From positions 1-57,185 of the IMG/VR virus record IMGVR_UViG_3300037751_000127: 57,185 nucleotides of DNA; one strand, 5' to 3'. The position numbers and the translations under genes are program-made. The stretch's first letter is position 1; each line of letters begins with the position of its first letter. The DNA comes from a virus. Lineage: Duplodnaviria; Caudoviricetes. The notes under the pieces were generated by a model, which saw nothing but the letters and a program-made list of their open reading frames with translations, did no database searches and had not been told where the DNA came from. This document shows positions 19,916 to 29,169 of this stretch, piece after piece.

Positions 19916-20135
19916 CCTCGTCAGTGTCGATGTTGTTGCAGGCAATGTGAGCGTTGACCCACATCAGCGACTCCTGCAAGGCTGTCAACGCCAGAGACAT
20001 CTCCCGGGAGTCGCCGAGATGGGCGATGAACTCAGCCATCTGGATATACAAAGCCCTGTTCGACTCGTACAGGAATCGCTGATTCCCGGTGATCGGATGA
20101 TAGGACATGCGGCGTTCAATCTCAGACTTCAGCAC
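19902..20135 (-). CDS. Acb2/Tad1-like helical-hairpin protein (candidate immune-signal sponge)
   Basis: YHP...SREMSLALTALQESLMWVNAHIA; GTG coupled to the upstream TAG. Confidence 0.6.
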   Translation of the reverse strand: MLKSEIERRMSYHPITGNQRFLYESNRALYIQMAEFIAHLGDSREMSLALTALQESLMWVNAHIACNNIDTDEDDNA

Positions 20136-20677
20136 TAGCAGCACCTTCCAATAGCGACAGTGAGTTGAGCAATGCGGGAGATGCAGACCCCTGAAGGTCC
20201 GGTCACCGTGATCCCGGTGATCTGGTAGCCATTCCTTTTCGGGATCATCCCGGCAGCCCAGCAGCAGATGGCCTTCTTGATCGTCATCAGATCAATCAGG
20301 TCCTGATCCCGGGCTGCGAGATGCTGAGCCTCCGTAGGGCCTTGAATCTCGCCGTAGCCGGGATAGCAGCGAGCCACGCCGACGTCGATGATCTGAGCCC
20401 ATCCCTGCGGATCGCAAGGCCCCGATTCGAACGTGTCGGGCTCAGGGAAATTCCTCGAAGGAAACGTCTCCCCGACCCTTACCCAGCCCGTACCATCACA
20501 GCATTTGTCCTTGCCAAAGAAAGGATCGATGTCTTCAACGAACAGGGTCCCGGCTACATGCTCATAGTTCGCAGGACGCAAGGGGGCGTCGAGAAGCCCG
20601 AACTCCTGCTCCAGGCAGATCAGCAGATTATCCGCATACTGCTTCACGCGGTCCAAGACTGCCATCAGACCGGCCAT
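20135..20677 (-). CDS. virion protein (tail terminator-like)
   Basis: Position; GWVRV...GVARC...GPSGVC motif. Confidence 0.55.
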   Translation of the reverse strand: MAGLMAVLDRVKQYADNLLICLEQEFGLLDAPLRPANYEHVAGTLFVEDIDPFFGKDKCCDGTGWVRVGETFPSRNFPEPDTFESGPCDPQGWAQIIDVGVARCYPGYGEIQGPTEAQHLAARDQDLIDLMTIKKAICCWAAGMIPKRNGYQITGITVTGPSGVCISRIAQLTVAIGRCC

Positions 20678-21492
20678 GTCTGCTGGCGAGGAACAAGGAT
20701 CTCAGGGGCATAGATTCGTCCGCGCTGCTTCAGTCCGTACGGATTGTAAAATGAGATCGTCGTGTCGATGATCGCGATGCCCGTCAGATTGTTCGCCAAC
20801 AGCTCCGTGTACGGGATCAGCGTGAAGTCCACGCCCGCCCTACTGATCGACTGCACGTAAGCGCTGAGCTGGCAAGACGAATCCTTGTTGCACGCCTTGA
20901 TGTACTCGCAGCGAAGAACGGCCGCCGCATAGCGCAAAGGATCAGGGACTCCATCCCCGCGAATATAGGTGACCGTGAGAACGTCATCGCCGTCGAGAGA
21001 GTTCATGTCGTTGCATTCAGGCCAACGATCCGGAGACTTGCGGACAAGCCAATGACCGTCATCAACCCAGTATGTGTCAGGATCGATGATGTCCGCGCCG
21101 AGCGTGATCTCCACAATCGACTGCACGGGACCGAGAAGCCTGATCTCCGACATCGGCTTACACGTGCAGCGCCCATTGCATGAACAGTTGAACCAGTTGC
21201 CATTCCAGATGTACGGCAGCCAGGAACCGTTACCCCAACCCCATCCGAAATAGTTGAGCGTCCCATCCTGGCAAGGCTCGGAGCCGCACGGACGGACAAT
21301 GACTTCGCATTCGTTGAAGCGCCTACCTGTCGCAGCCCACAAGAATGTCGTAGCCCAGGCCGTGGCGACGGCTTGAAGTTCTGGACTCGCGCTATCCCAG
21401 CCCGAACATGAAGAGCAGCACGGAGTACCGATCGGCACAGTCCAAGGGCATGGAGTACTCGCGGCATCGGCGGGGATCGTCGGAGCGGTCAT
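20665..21492 (-). CDS. head-to-tail adaptor
   Basis: LWAATGRRF..C.VIVRPC...QSISRAGV...NPYGL. Confidence 0.75.
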   Translation of the reverse strand: MTAPTIPADAASTPCPWTVPIGTPCCSSCSGWDSASPELQAVATAWATTFLWAATGRRFNECEVIVRPCGSEPCQDGTLNYFGWGWGNGSWLPYIWNGNWFNCSCNGRCTCKPMSEIRLLGPVQSIVEITLGADIIDPDTYWVDDGHWLVRKSPDRWPECNDMNSLDGDDVLTVTYIRGDGVPDPLRYAAAVLRCEYIKACNKDSSCQLSAYVQSISRAGVDFTLIPYTELLANNLTGIAIIDTTISFYNPYGLKQRGRIYAPEILVPRQQTWPV

Positions 21493-21529
21493 GCAGTGAT
21501 CCTCTCACGTCATCGACTCAGTTGACAGT

Positions 21530-21560
21530 GAAGGCCCGGAACGCGGGGTTCCGGGCCTTC
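21530..21560 (-). terminator. hairpin terminator
   Basis: GAAGGCCCGGAAC...GTTCCGGGCCTTC. Confidence 0.65.
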
Positions 21561-21568
21561 GTGAACTG

Positions 21569-22111
21569 CTAGATGGAAATGGTGGATGAGGCAGAATCCG
21601 TGGGGACCGAAGTGTCGCTGATCGTGATCGTGAACACCCCCGAGTACGGGTAAACATGAACTTCGGTGCCCGATTCGGCGGCACCGGCAGTCGACGTACC
21701 GTCGCCCCATGAAATTTCGACAGTCCCTGCCGCCGCGACGTTCGCGTAAACCATGCTTACCGAGAGTCCGGTAGGCGTGATCGAGGTGATTGTCGGCTCG
21801 TTCGTGCGGGCCGGGCAGGTGTTCGCATTCGTATCCATCGCCAAACCGTTGCCGGCGAAGTACGTGGTGTGCGAGCCTGCGACAAGCCCGGAGACGATGT
21901 CCGACCCTGCGCGCTTGAGTGCCAGGGCACCAATGGACCACAGGGCTTCCGGAATCACGAAAGCCAGCGGGACGGGGCCTGCCACGGAAGTCGTCTTGAT
22001 CTGCCGAGTATCGGCAGCCCCGACGCCTCCAGCCCAGCAGGTGATAGCCGCGCCTACCTGCTTGAGCATCGAATAGTCGGGGACGGTGATGGTGAGCGTT
22101 CCTCCAGCCAT
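21569..22111 (-). CDS. PKD/Ig-like domain virion protein
   Basis: ISWGDGT...HVYPYSGVFTITI. Confidence 0.7.
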   Translation of the reverse strand: MAGGTLTITVPDYSMLKQVGAAITCWAGGVGAADTRQIKTTSVAGPVPLAFVIPEALWSIGALALKRAGSDIVSGLVAGSHTTYFAGNGLAMDTNANTCPARTNEPTITSITPTGLSVSMVYANVAAAGTVEISWGDGTSTAGAAESGTEVHVYPYSGVFTITISDTSVPTDSASSTISI

Positions 22112-22122
22112 GACTGGGCTCC

Positions 22123-23064
22123 TTAGCTAGCGATGATTTCGGCGGATGTGTATGTGACAGAACTGAAGCCGGTCGGCCGGTAGGTCGCGAAGTAGCTGCC
22201 GGCCACATACGTGTGCGTTGCGGTCGTCCCGGACGTCACAACCTCGTCAGCGGTCAGGTCACCCCAGTCGATGACAGCCGGGAGGATCGGAAGCCCGTCA
22301 TCGCCGAGCGGGAACGTCAGGGTTCGCAGGGTCGCGGCCGTCGCGTCCAACGGCTCAACGATGAGTTCCGGGGTCAGATCCTGGCATCCACAGATACCAT
22401 CCGGAGGCGGCAAGGTCGTCCAGTGGAAGCGCTTGTGAATGCCGTCCGTGGTTGTCAGCTCTGGGCCGGGAAGTCCTTCATTGGCTCCCGACTCGTTGAT
22501 GAGAACATTGTACGGCCCCAAGTTCCAGTTGCTCGCGGCCTGCGTGATGCCGGTGATCGTGAAGTCGACGCCGGCATTGCCGATCTCACCGATGTTGATG
22601 ACGGCCTGCTTCACGTGCGGCAGAAGGCCGTAGCCGTAGATGATGTTGCCTTCTTCGTCGCAGCCGTCTGTGTCCGTGCCGGTCCAGAATTCGAAAGCGA
22701 AGTTGGACAGGCTTGGACCGTTGGCTGTGGTATCCCAGCCGACCGCGACAGGCACTACGGCATCGTTGAGAACGATGGGTTCGCCGGTGACGATGTTGAA
22801 GAACTCCGGATCGACGTTGCGCATGACGATCGTGACTTCGTACCACCGAAGAATCGGCGGCTTCGGCACGTCGTAGCAGATGTCACCGTTAGCCGTCAGA
22901 CCTAGAGCGTCCTGACGGTCCTGCTGCACGCGAGCCAGGGTGATCGTGGCAAAGCACGAATTCGTGGCGTACGAGCACGCTGAGTCCTGCGGAACACCGC
23001 AGGCGTCCAGGCGCGTAACCCGGATGGCCGGACTACGGACAACTGAATGACATTCAGCGACCAT
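22123..23064 (-). CDS. major tail protein with C-terminal PKD-like domain
   Basis: IRVTRLDACG motif; IDWGD...THTYVAGSY. Confidence 0.75.
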   Translation of the reverse strand: MVAECHSVVRSPAIRVTRLDACGVPQDSACSYATNSCFATITLARVQQDRQDALGLTANGDICYDVPKPPILRWYEVTIVMRNVDPEFFNIVTGEPIVLNDAVVPVAVGWDTTANGPSLSNFAFEFWTGTDTDGCDEEGNIIYGYGLLPHVKQAVINIGEIGNAGVDFTITGITQAASNWNLGPYNVLINESGANEGLPGPELTTTDGIHKRFHWTTLPPPDGICGCQDLTPELIVEPLDATAATLRTLTFPLGDDGLPILPAVIDWGDLTADEVVTSGTTATHTYVAGSYFATYRPTGFSSVTYTSAEIIAS

Positions 23065-23339
23065 TACTTCACTTCCTTTCGAGGACGGCCGGGCTTACGG
23101 GTTACGGGCGTGACGACAACTTCAGGCGTGGCAGGGATGACAGCCGTGGCGTCCACGAGTTCGACATCTTCCACGCCCTGCCGATCCCAGACGGCCACGA
23201 ACGCCTCATACAGCCATGCCGGAACCTTGAAGCCGATAGTCGGGTCCAAGGTCGTCATGACGTCACGGGGGCTGTCGGCGAGAGCAAGGAGAAGCTTCGC
23301 GACATCCTTGACATGCGCCGCCTCCGGGAACACGGTCAT
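23064..23339 (-). CDS. hypothetical virion-module protein with AT-hook-like tail
   Basis: RKPGRPRK at the C-terminus. Confidence 0.55.
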   Translation of the reverse strand: MTVFPEAAHVKDVAKLLLALADSPRDVMTTLDPTIGFKVPAWLYEAFVAVWDRQGVEDVELVDATAVIPATPEVVVTPVTRKPGRPRKEVK

Positions 23340-23359
23340 GTGAGTCAGCGGCTGATCGT

Positions 23360-24202
23360 TTACGGCCACAGCACTACCGCCTTCGCGTAGCTCGCACATT
23401 CGAACGTGACAACGTATTCGCGTTCGGCGAGGATCATCTGCTGATTCGTCACACGGTCAAGGGTGCCCTCTACCGGGATGACCTGGATCTCGGAGTCCGG
23501 GGAGCGCCAGATCGCCGTCTGCCCGGTCGCGTAGATCCAGAACGTGCCATCCGCTGCGGCAGCGCCGGCCGGATCAAGATTGCTGTAGCAGCCAGCACTG
23601 ACAATCGAACCCATCGGGGTTCGCCAGCGAGTGCCGTCCCAGGTCAGAAGATGCTCCGACATCAGGTCATTGATGACCGCGATGGGCATGTGCAGGTATG
23701 CCGGAGGCCCGTACTGCGAGGTGCAGTACATGGCGTTCTCCAGCTCCGAGACAACTTCTATGGCCGTGACGCCGCCGGTGGCGATGATCGTCGCGGCTGG
23801 CACGTTGTTCGCAAGGCTCGGTGCCTGCCCGACGTCCCCGCTGGAGAAGACCTGCTCGACGATTGTCTGCTCGACGGACAGCAGTCGTGAGACTGCCATG
23901 GCGTTGAATTCGGCCTGCGTGAAACCTACGGATCCACACAGGATCGTCGAGTACACGACGAATGGGACGCCGGTGACGATTTCCAGGCCGTTCGCGAACG
24001 TCTTCGTGTCGAGCGCGTCGATGCAGTTGACTTCGTAGCCGACGCCTTCGCCGCAGATCCCGTTGACATACTGGAGACCTCCCATGCGGGCATGGATGGG
24101 CAGTTTGAGAGGTCCTACGGCTGCCTGAAGCAGGCCGTAACGCGTTGGCTGGGATGGGGTTGGCTTCGCTTCGAGTAGCACTGGTGCGCCTACTGCGACC
24201 AT
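23360..24202 (-). CDS. second capsid protein (pentamer-type)
   Basis: 280 aa directly after the large capsid gene; PFVVY..RTPMGS..LAEREYVV; resembles hexamer/pentamer pairs of cluster-B-like actinophages. Confidence 0.65.
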   Translation of the reverse strand: MVAVGAPVLLEAKPTPSQPTRYGLLQAAVGPLKLPIHARMGGLQYVNGICGEGVGYEVNCIDALDTKTFANGLEIVTGVPFVVYSTILCGSVGFTQAEFNAMAVSRLLSVEQTIVEQVFSSGDVGQAPSLANNVPAATIIATGGVTAIEVVSELENAMYCTSQYGPPAYLHMPIAVINDLMSEHLLTWDGTRWRTPMGSIVSAGCYSNLDPAGAAAADGTFWIYATGQTAIWRSPDSEIQVIPVEGTLDRVTNQQMILAEREYVVTFECASYAKAVVLWP

Positions 24203-24240
24203 GTGTTCACCTCCTTAATTGATGAGAATTGATGTTGCGT

Positions 24241-24270
24241 GAGGCCGGGAGCCGTAAAGCTCCCGGCCTC
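24241..24270 (-). terminator. hairpin after the major capsid gene
   Basis: GAGGCCGGGAGC...GCTCCCGGCCTC. Confidence 0.65.
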
Positions 24271-24279
24271 AGACATCAA

Positions 24280-26070
24280 TTACGGGGTGACGTCCGTGCA
24301 GGTCACTTCACGCTGAACGCCAGTCGAGCCGTTCGGGCAGATGTTGACCGTGTACACGCGAGACAGCGGGCACATGCGCATTGGCTTGAAGCCGTCCTCC
24401 ATGAACAACTGAGTCACCTGGTTCTGCGCCAGGTTCGTCGAGTCGTACACCAGTTCGAGGCGGATGACATCCGCCCTGCCCAGCAGCCAGGTTCCAGGGA
24501 GGAACAAGGTGAAGTTCACCTCGAACGGCAGGGACAGGATTGGAGTCGCGTTACCTGCCTGGTTCGCGGCCGGCACGGTCCCGGCGATACCGGTCGTCGG
24601 GGCAAGGTCAGCCGGGTTGAACGCGTCCAGGTAGCCGTAGACCCACTGCGGCGAGTAGCCACGAGTCGTCAGCATCGAGTCGATGACCGAGTTCGCGAGG
24701 TCGTCGCTGACGCGGGCGTTCTGACGCTGATAGTCGGCGCGAAGCTGAGCCCGGAACCAGAACGGCAGGAAGCCCGTGAAGGTCTGGGTCTGCGAGGTGC
24801 GCAGATTGTATCGGGCATCCATGACGGCCATCTCGACAGCGGCCATGAACTGCGACAGAACGCTGCCGTCACTGACCCACGGGTCTACGGTGCCGAGGGC
24901 TACGACAGTCGAGCCGGCGACGATCTCGTTGATGACCTCACGGTTGACCAGGTGGGCCATGGCCGCAATGGAGCCCTGCACGAACGTCGACACGAATTCT
25001 GGGTAGCCACGGTTTTGCAGCAGCGAGCCAGTGAGGCACAGTGCGGCGACGTTGAGGCGGTCATCGACAAATTCGGGGCACGGGATCTCGATACAGGTCT
25101 TCGCCGTGTCGGAGATGACCTGTGCCTCGGTGAGGATGTTGTATCCGGTGATCGGCAGCGTGAAGTCGTTACCGAAGAATGAGGAGAAGTCCAGGCCCTG
25201 CGTGTGACGCAGGCCGCCGCGACGGATCGCGACCTCAGGCAGGCGCAGGAGCCCGTCCGTGGTGATCGGCGAACAGATCGAGTAGTCAGTCTCTGACGGC
25301 GCGCACCAGCCCACGGCAGCGGTGATCGCATCGCCTGCAACGCGGTTGAGGATCTCCTTGTTCTCCGAGTTGCCAAGCTCCATCAGCTTGTTGTACTTGC
25401 CCTGATCGGTGTCCGAGGCGAGCAGCACGGCAGAGTCGGTGAAGTCGCGGCGGATCAGTCCGAGAGGGGTCCGGGAGCGGTACTCGCCGCCGGTCCGAGC
25501 CATGCCCTGATGTGGCTGCGCCTTCTCTTCGAAGATCGCGGCGAGCTTGCCGTAGTCGATGACGGAGCCCTGAGGTGCGATGGCGGTGTCAGCGCTGGCG
25601 ATGATCGAGAAGCCCTGCGTCGAACCGGTCGGGATTTCGGCGTTCGGGGAAGTCGCGGCGATCTCAGCGAGCGACGGTGCCTCGACGACGGCATGCTCTG
25701 CCGGGGTGACGGTCGCGGCGACTACGGCGGACTCGGTGTTCGCGACCACGGGGGTCGGCGTGGTCTGCGCGACGTCCTTGACCTCGGTATCGGTGCTGGC
25801 GACAACTGCCGGAGCCTCGGCGACCGGCACGGCTGGGATGACGGACGCCGCAGTGAAGCGCTTGGCCTTCTCGTCGCGCTCGGTCAGTTCCGCCGTCGAC
25901 GCGGTCAGGAACTCGTTGATCTCTTCCATGCGGGAGAGCTGCTCGTCGGTGACGGTTTCCGGGGTCGCGGACGCGGTGAGGGTGCCAAGCTCCTCGGTAG
26001 CCTTGTTGATGAAGTCATTGATGCCGGCGACCGAGAAGGTCTTGAGGTCATCACGCTTGGGGAACTGCAT
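24280..26070 (-). CDS. major capsid protein (hexamer-type, with N-terminal scaffold-like region)
   Basis: GWCAPSETDY motif; YDSTNL..N..TQLFMEDG; position. Confidence 0.8.
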   Translation of the reverse strand: MQFPKRDDLKTFSVAGINDFINKATEELGTLTASATPETVTDEQLSRMEEINEFLTASTAELTERDEKAKRFTAASVIPAVPVAEAPAVVASTDTEVKDVAQTTPTPVVANTESAVVAATVTPAEHAVVEAPSLAEIAATSPNAEIPTGSTQGFSIIASADTAIAPQGSVIDYGKLAAIFEEKAQPHQGMARTGGEYRSRTPLGLIRRDFTDSAVLLASDTDQGKYNKLMELGNSENKEILNRVAGDAITAAVGWCAPSETDYSICSPITTDGLLRLPEVAIRRGGLRHTQGLDFSSFFGNDFTLPITGYNILTEAQVISDTAKTCIEIPCPEFVDDRLNVAALCLTGSLLQNRGYPEFVSTFVQGSIAAMAHLVNREVINEIVAGSTVVALGTVDPWVSDGSVLSQFMAAVEMAVMDARYNLRTSQTQTFTGFLPFWFRAQLRADYQRQNARVSDDLANSVIDSMLTTRGYSPQWVYGYLDAFNPADLAPTTGIAGTVPAANQAGNATPILSLPFEVNFTLFLPGTWLLGRADVIRLELVYDSTNLAQNQVTQLFMEDGFKPMRMCPLSRVYTVNICPNGSTGVQREVTCTDVTP

Positions 26071-26211
26071 GGTCTGCTTCCTTGCCTCGAAGTGAATGGG
26101 TCTCACGTTCTGGCAGGCTCACAGCTCATCACCGATGCCGATCACTGTAGCAGCACCGTGTCGTCTATGTCGACTATCTGCATCTCTTGGAACGGATGGT
26201 ATACTTGCGTC

Positions 26212-26418
26212 ATGTCGAAGAAGGAAGTAAAAGATCTAATCAAGGAGCTGCGTGGGCTCAAATGCGACGTCGAACTAGCCGGAGACAACGGTCACTGGAA
26301 AGTGACGCGAGAAGGCAAATACCTGGCGACGCTACCGGGGTCCCCGAGTGACATACGAACGCTACGTAATGCCAGACAACTACTGCGACGCAACGGGATA
26401 CCTGTAGGCAAGAAATGA
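26212..26418 (+). CDS. HicA-like small RNase-fold protein
   Basis: KEVKDLIKEL...NGHWKV....PGSPSD.R...LRRNG; own -10 TATACT at 26200. Confidence 0.65.
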   Translation: MSKKEVKDLIKELRGLKCDVELAGDNGHWKVTREGKYLATLPGSPSDIRTLRNARQLLRRNGIPVGKK

Positions 26419-26533
26419 GAGTACTAGAAGAAGTGTGCGGATTGACCCTGGTCGTCACGGCCACCTACGTCGTCACGAACGGAGTGTTCATGTTCCTCGA
26501 ATATGTCGATCTCATATAGGAGGCTGTATAGCA

Positions 26534-26565
26534 GAAGGCCGGAATCATCAATGATTCCGGCCTTT
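26534..26565. terminator. hairpin between convergent genes
   Basis: GAAGGCCGGAATCA...TGATTCCGGCCTTT. Confidence 0.65.
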
Positions 26566-26607
26566 CAACATATCCCCGCAGACATGTCCAGCAGTGATCT
26601 TACCTGA

Positions 26608-26805
26608 TCAGCCCCGCTTAGCTGTATAGCCCTTCTGGGCCATCCGTGCCCGTGCCTGACGCTGAAGCCTGGTCGCCTCGGAGTCTGAGGAGACTGTCGC
26701 TGTCGTGCCGTCAGCGAGGCTGATGCGCCATGTCCGGGCCTTGCCGCTGATCAGGTCGCGGGCTGCTTGAGCGCGTTGACCGCATGAACTGCATCCCATG
26801 ATCAC
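26608..26805 (-). CDS. small virion-module protein
   Basis: MGCSSCG start; coupled to the protease gene. Confidence 0.6.
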   Translation of the reverse strand: MIMGCSSCGQRAQAARDLISGKARTWRISLADGTTATVSSDSEATRLQRQARARMAQKGYTAKRG

Positions 26806-28397
26806 TTACCTCCTGTGATTGCTCGGATGTTCGCGAGCCTCCGAGCCCGCCGCGTTGACTTGATCTTCTCGAAGTCCGCACTGACCTTGTTGAACCGGCT
26901 CACGGCCTCGCTGCGATCTGGCTCTCCAGCCACATCCGCGACAACCGAGTCTTCCCGTTCCGCCTTGCCATCTGGACAACCGCAGCCCGGATCGGAGTCG
27001 TCGACAGCCCACGAACCTGCTGCCATGATGCAATCAGGATCTCCTGCGGCATTGAGAGCGACGATCGGGAATCCAGGGGTGTTGACGGCAAGAGCCGCAA
27101 CGAGTTCCAAATTTCCGTTGATCCGTCGCCAGTCTCCACTGATCGGACTTCTGCGAAGTTCAGCGACATCCATCTCAGACGCATTGGGGACGACGGCTCC
27201 GGCAAGCTGACCTCCGAACATGTCCTCATGGACGGAGACTGCGGCGACAACAGATCCGGTGTTGTCGTAGTGATCGGCTGCGGGAATCCATCCCAGCCGT
27301 GTCGATGCATGACCGGTGCCCTTCGTGATCTTCCCGACCTTCACGGACCTTCCGGAAGCCGTGAGGACAGTGCCGTTCGTGAAGTAACGATAGCTGGCTG
27401 CCGTGCGAGGCGGGACGACACAACGATCCCCGATGCCCTGATGGCAGGTGCCCCACAGCCATGCATGCCCGCTGACACGGCCGTCTGCGGTGATCGTGAG
27501 AGGCGTAGGGCCTGGAAGTGTCTGCGCTTCAAACCATTCATCAGGCGGAGCTATAGGGAATCCTGCGGCGGTGAGAGCCTCGGGATCGTCGAGTCGAGCC
27601 CGAAGGGCGGACACAACCTCGGTGATCACCGACAGGTCAGCTTCCGGCACGGGAAGCCCGGCAGCCCCGGATGCGATGATCTGCGATGTCGTGATCACGG
27701 CAGCCGGAACGATCCGGATCTGACCGTCGACAATGTCAGCGATCGGCATGCGGTACGAGTTTCGCTGCTCAGGGGCTGCCGGGTCATGCCACAGGAATCC
27801 GCGCCCGTAGGCACGGATGTCGCCGTCGCTGGCATCCCAGAGGCGCTGGGATGCGGCCTTCGCCTGCCACTGATAGCTGGAGTCGGCAACGCCGATCTCC
27901 ATCCAGCCGTTCGTGCGCACGGAGGCTGTGATCAGGGCGTCAAGCTCATGTAGTTCCATGTCATCCTCCCCGGACGCGTTCAGGACCTGCTCTTCATCGT
28001 TGCCACCACGAAGCCACGGCGGAATAGTTCTCGGATCCCCGTACTGCTTGCGCAACACTTCGTAGATGCCGGTGATGACCCGCTTCAGGGCCAGCTTCTC
28101 CTTCTCATCGACAACACCTTCAAGGCCGCCATGGGCTCCGGAAAGAATGGTCGCCGCCATGAAGATAGCCCGGGGTACCATGATGGGCTTGCCGTTGGCG
28201 ATGTCCCCGATCGGCAGACGATACGAGTTGCGGTTGTTGGCAGGCTCGGAAGCATTCCTCCATAGGAACATGGAGTTGAACTTGTTGACATCTCCGTGAG
28301 CCCACTGCTGAATGCGAGCGATGGCATCGTCGGCGTCAAATTCCGTCTTCCGGGCTGCGATCGGAAGACGCTTCCATGAGTTCGCGTTGACGGTCAT
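26802..28397 (-). CDS. capsid maturation protease with duplicated N-terminal domain
   Basis: GRVSGH..WGTCH...HYDNTG...SGDWR...LELVAALAVNTPGFP; position. Confidence 0.75.
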   Translation of the reverse strand: MTVNANSWKRLPIAARKTEFDADDAIARIQQWAHGDVNKFNSMFLWRNASEPANNRNSYRLPIGDIANGKPIMVPRAIFMAATILSGAHGGLEGVVDEKEKLALKRVITGIYEVLRKQYGDPRTIPPWLRGGNDEEQVLNASGEDDMELHELDALITASVRTNGWMEIGVADSSYQWQAKAASQRLWDASDGDIRAYGRGFLWHDPAAPEQRNSYRMPIADIVDGQIRIVPAAVITTSQIIASGAAGLPVPEADLSVITEVVSALRARLDDPEALTAAGFPIAPPDEWFEAQTLPGPTPLTITADGRVSGHAWLWGTCHQGIGDRCVVPPRTAASYRYFTNGTVLTASGRSVKVGKITKGTGHASTRLGWIPAADHYDNTGSVVAAVSVHEDMFGGQLAGAVVPNASEMDVAELRRSPISGDWRRINGNLELVAALAVNTPGFPIVALNAAGDPDCIMAAGSWAVDDSDPGCGCPDGKAEREDSVVADVAGEPDRSEAVSRFNKVSADFEKIKSTRRARRLANIRAITGGK

Positions 28398-28398
28398 C

Positions 28399-29169
28399 TC
28401 AGCCTCTCCTCAAACGTGCACGGCAACGACACGCGATGACGTTGCTTGGACTTCCTGATGGATCTCCGGGAGCCATCAGAGCTTCCCCGCCGACGATGAA
28501 CGGCTGGGACACAGGACGAACCTGACCATCGGCGTCCTCGTGAGCGAGTCGAACCCGCGAATCGTCCCTGCTGTCCCAGGCCTTCAGGATCGGAATGCGA
28601 AGTTGCTGTTGTACGCTCAGGCCGTGAGCGATGATCCCGAAGTTATACGCTCGGTTCACTTCTGTGACGGCGATCGTGCGTGCCCGTGCTGGCCAATTTT
28701 CGGAGCCTGTGCCGTCAAGCACCGAACGAACGGCCTCTGCCTGACCTGCCACATCTTTGCCTTCAGCTACAGCCTTGTTCAGCGCGTTCCCGATATCGCG
28801 GTAGACTTCATCGCCGATCCGAACAAGCATGTTCCTTGTCCTGGCCAACTGTTCTTGGACGAAAGGATTGCCAGGGGAGAATGGGTTAGAGGTCCCGAGG
28901 TCGCGGTTGCCCTGGTCCCATCCGAGCCGTGCGATCTCGGCAAGGTCGGGCATCAGGTTGTCGACGACCTCAGTCCAGCTAGGGAGCACGGACCACAATG
29001 CCTCGATGTTCGGGGCAATGCCGAAGCGCACGAAGCCGGCAAGCACTGCTGCGGCGACCGATGCAAGCCAGGCAGTGAGGGCGGCGAGGACTGTCGCTGC
29101 GAAGGCTGCTTCTACTGCCGTGAGTGATGGCCCTGCCGGCGGTTCTTCCTGAACGTCGGGATACGTCAC
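28399..29169 (-). CDS. MuF-like minor head protein
   Basis: RARTIAVTE...KAWDSRDDSRVR..H..ADGQ...PGDP....VIACRC. Confidence 0.85.
   Translation of the reverse strand: MTYPDVQEEPPAGPSLTAVEAAFAATVLAALTAWLASVAAAVLAGFVRFGIAPNIEALWSVLPSWTEVVDNLMPDLAEIARLGWDQGNRDLGTSNPFSPGNPFVQEQLARTRNMLVRIGDEVYRDIGNALNKAVAEGKDVAGQAEAVRSVLDGTGSENWPARARTIAVTEVNRAYNFGIIAHGLSVQQQLRIPILKAWDSRDDSRVRLAHEDADGQVRPVSQPFIVGGEALMAPGDPSGSPSNVIACRCRARLRRG

Noticed and set aside
25510-26211. N-terminal extension of plus-strand ORF 25510..26418 and similar long antisense ORFs
   Set aside because: These are shadow ORFs opposite real genes, expected in high-GC DNA.
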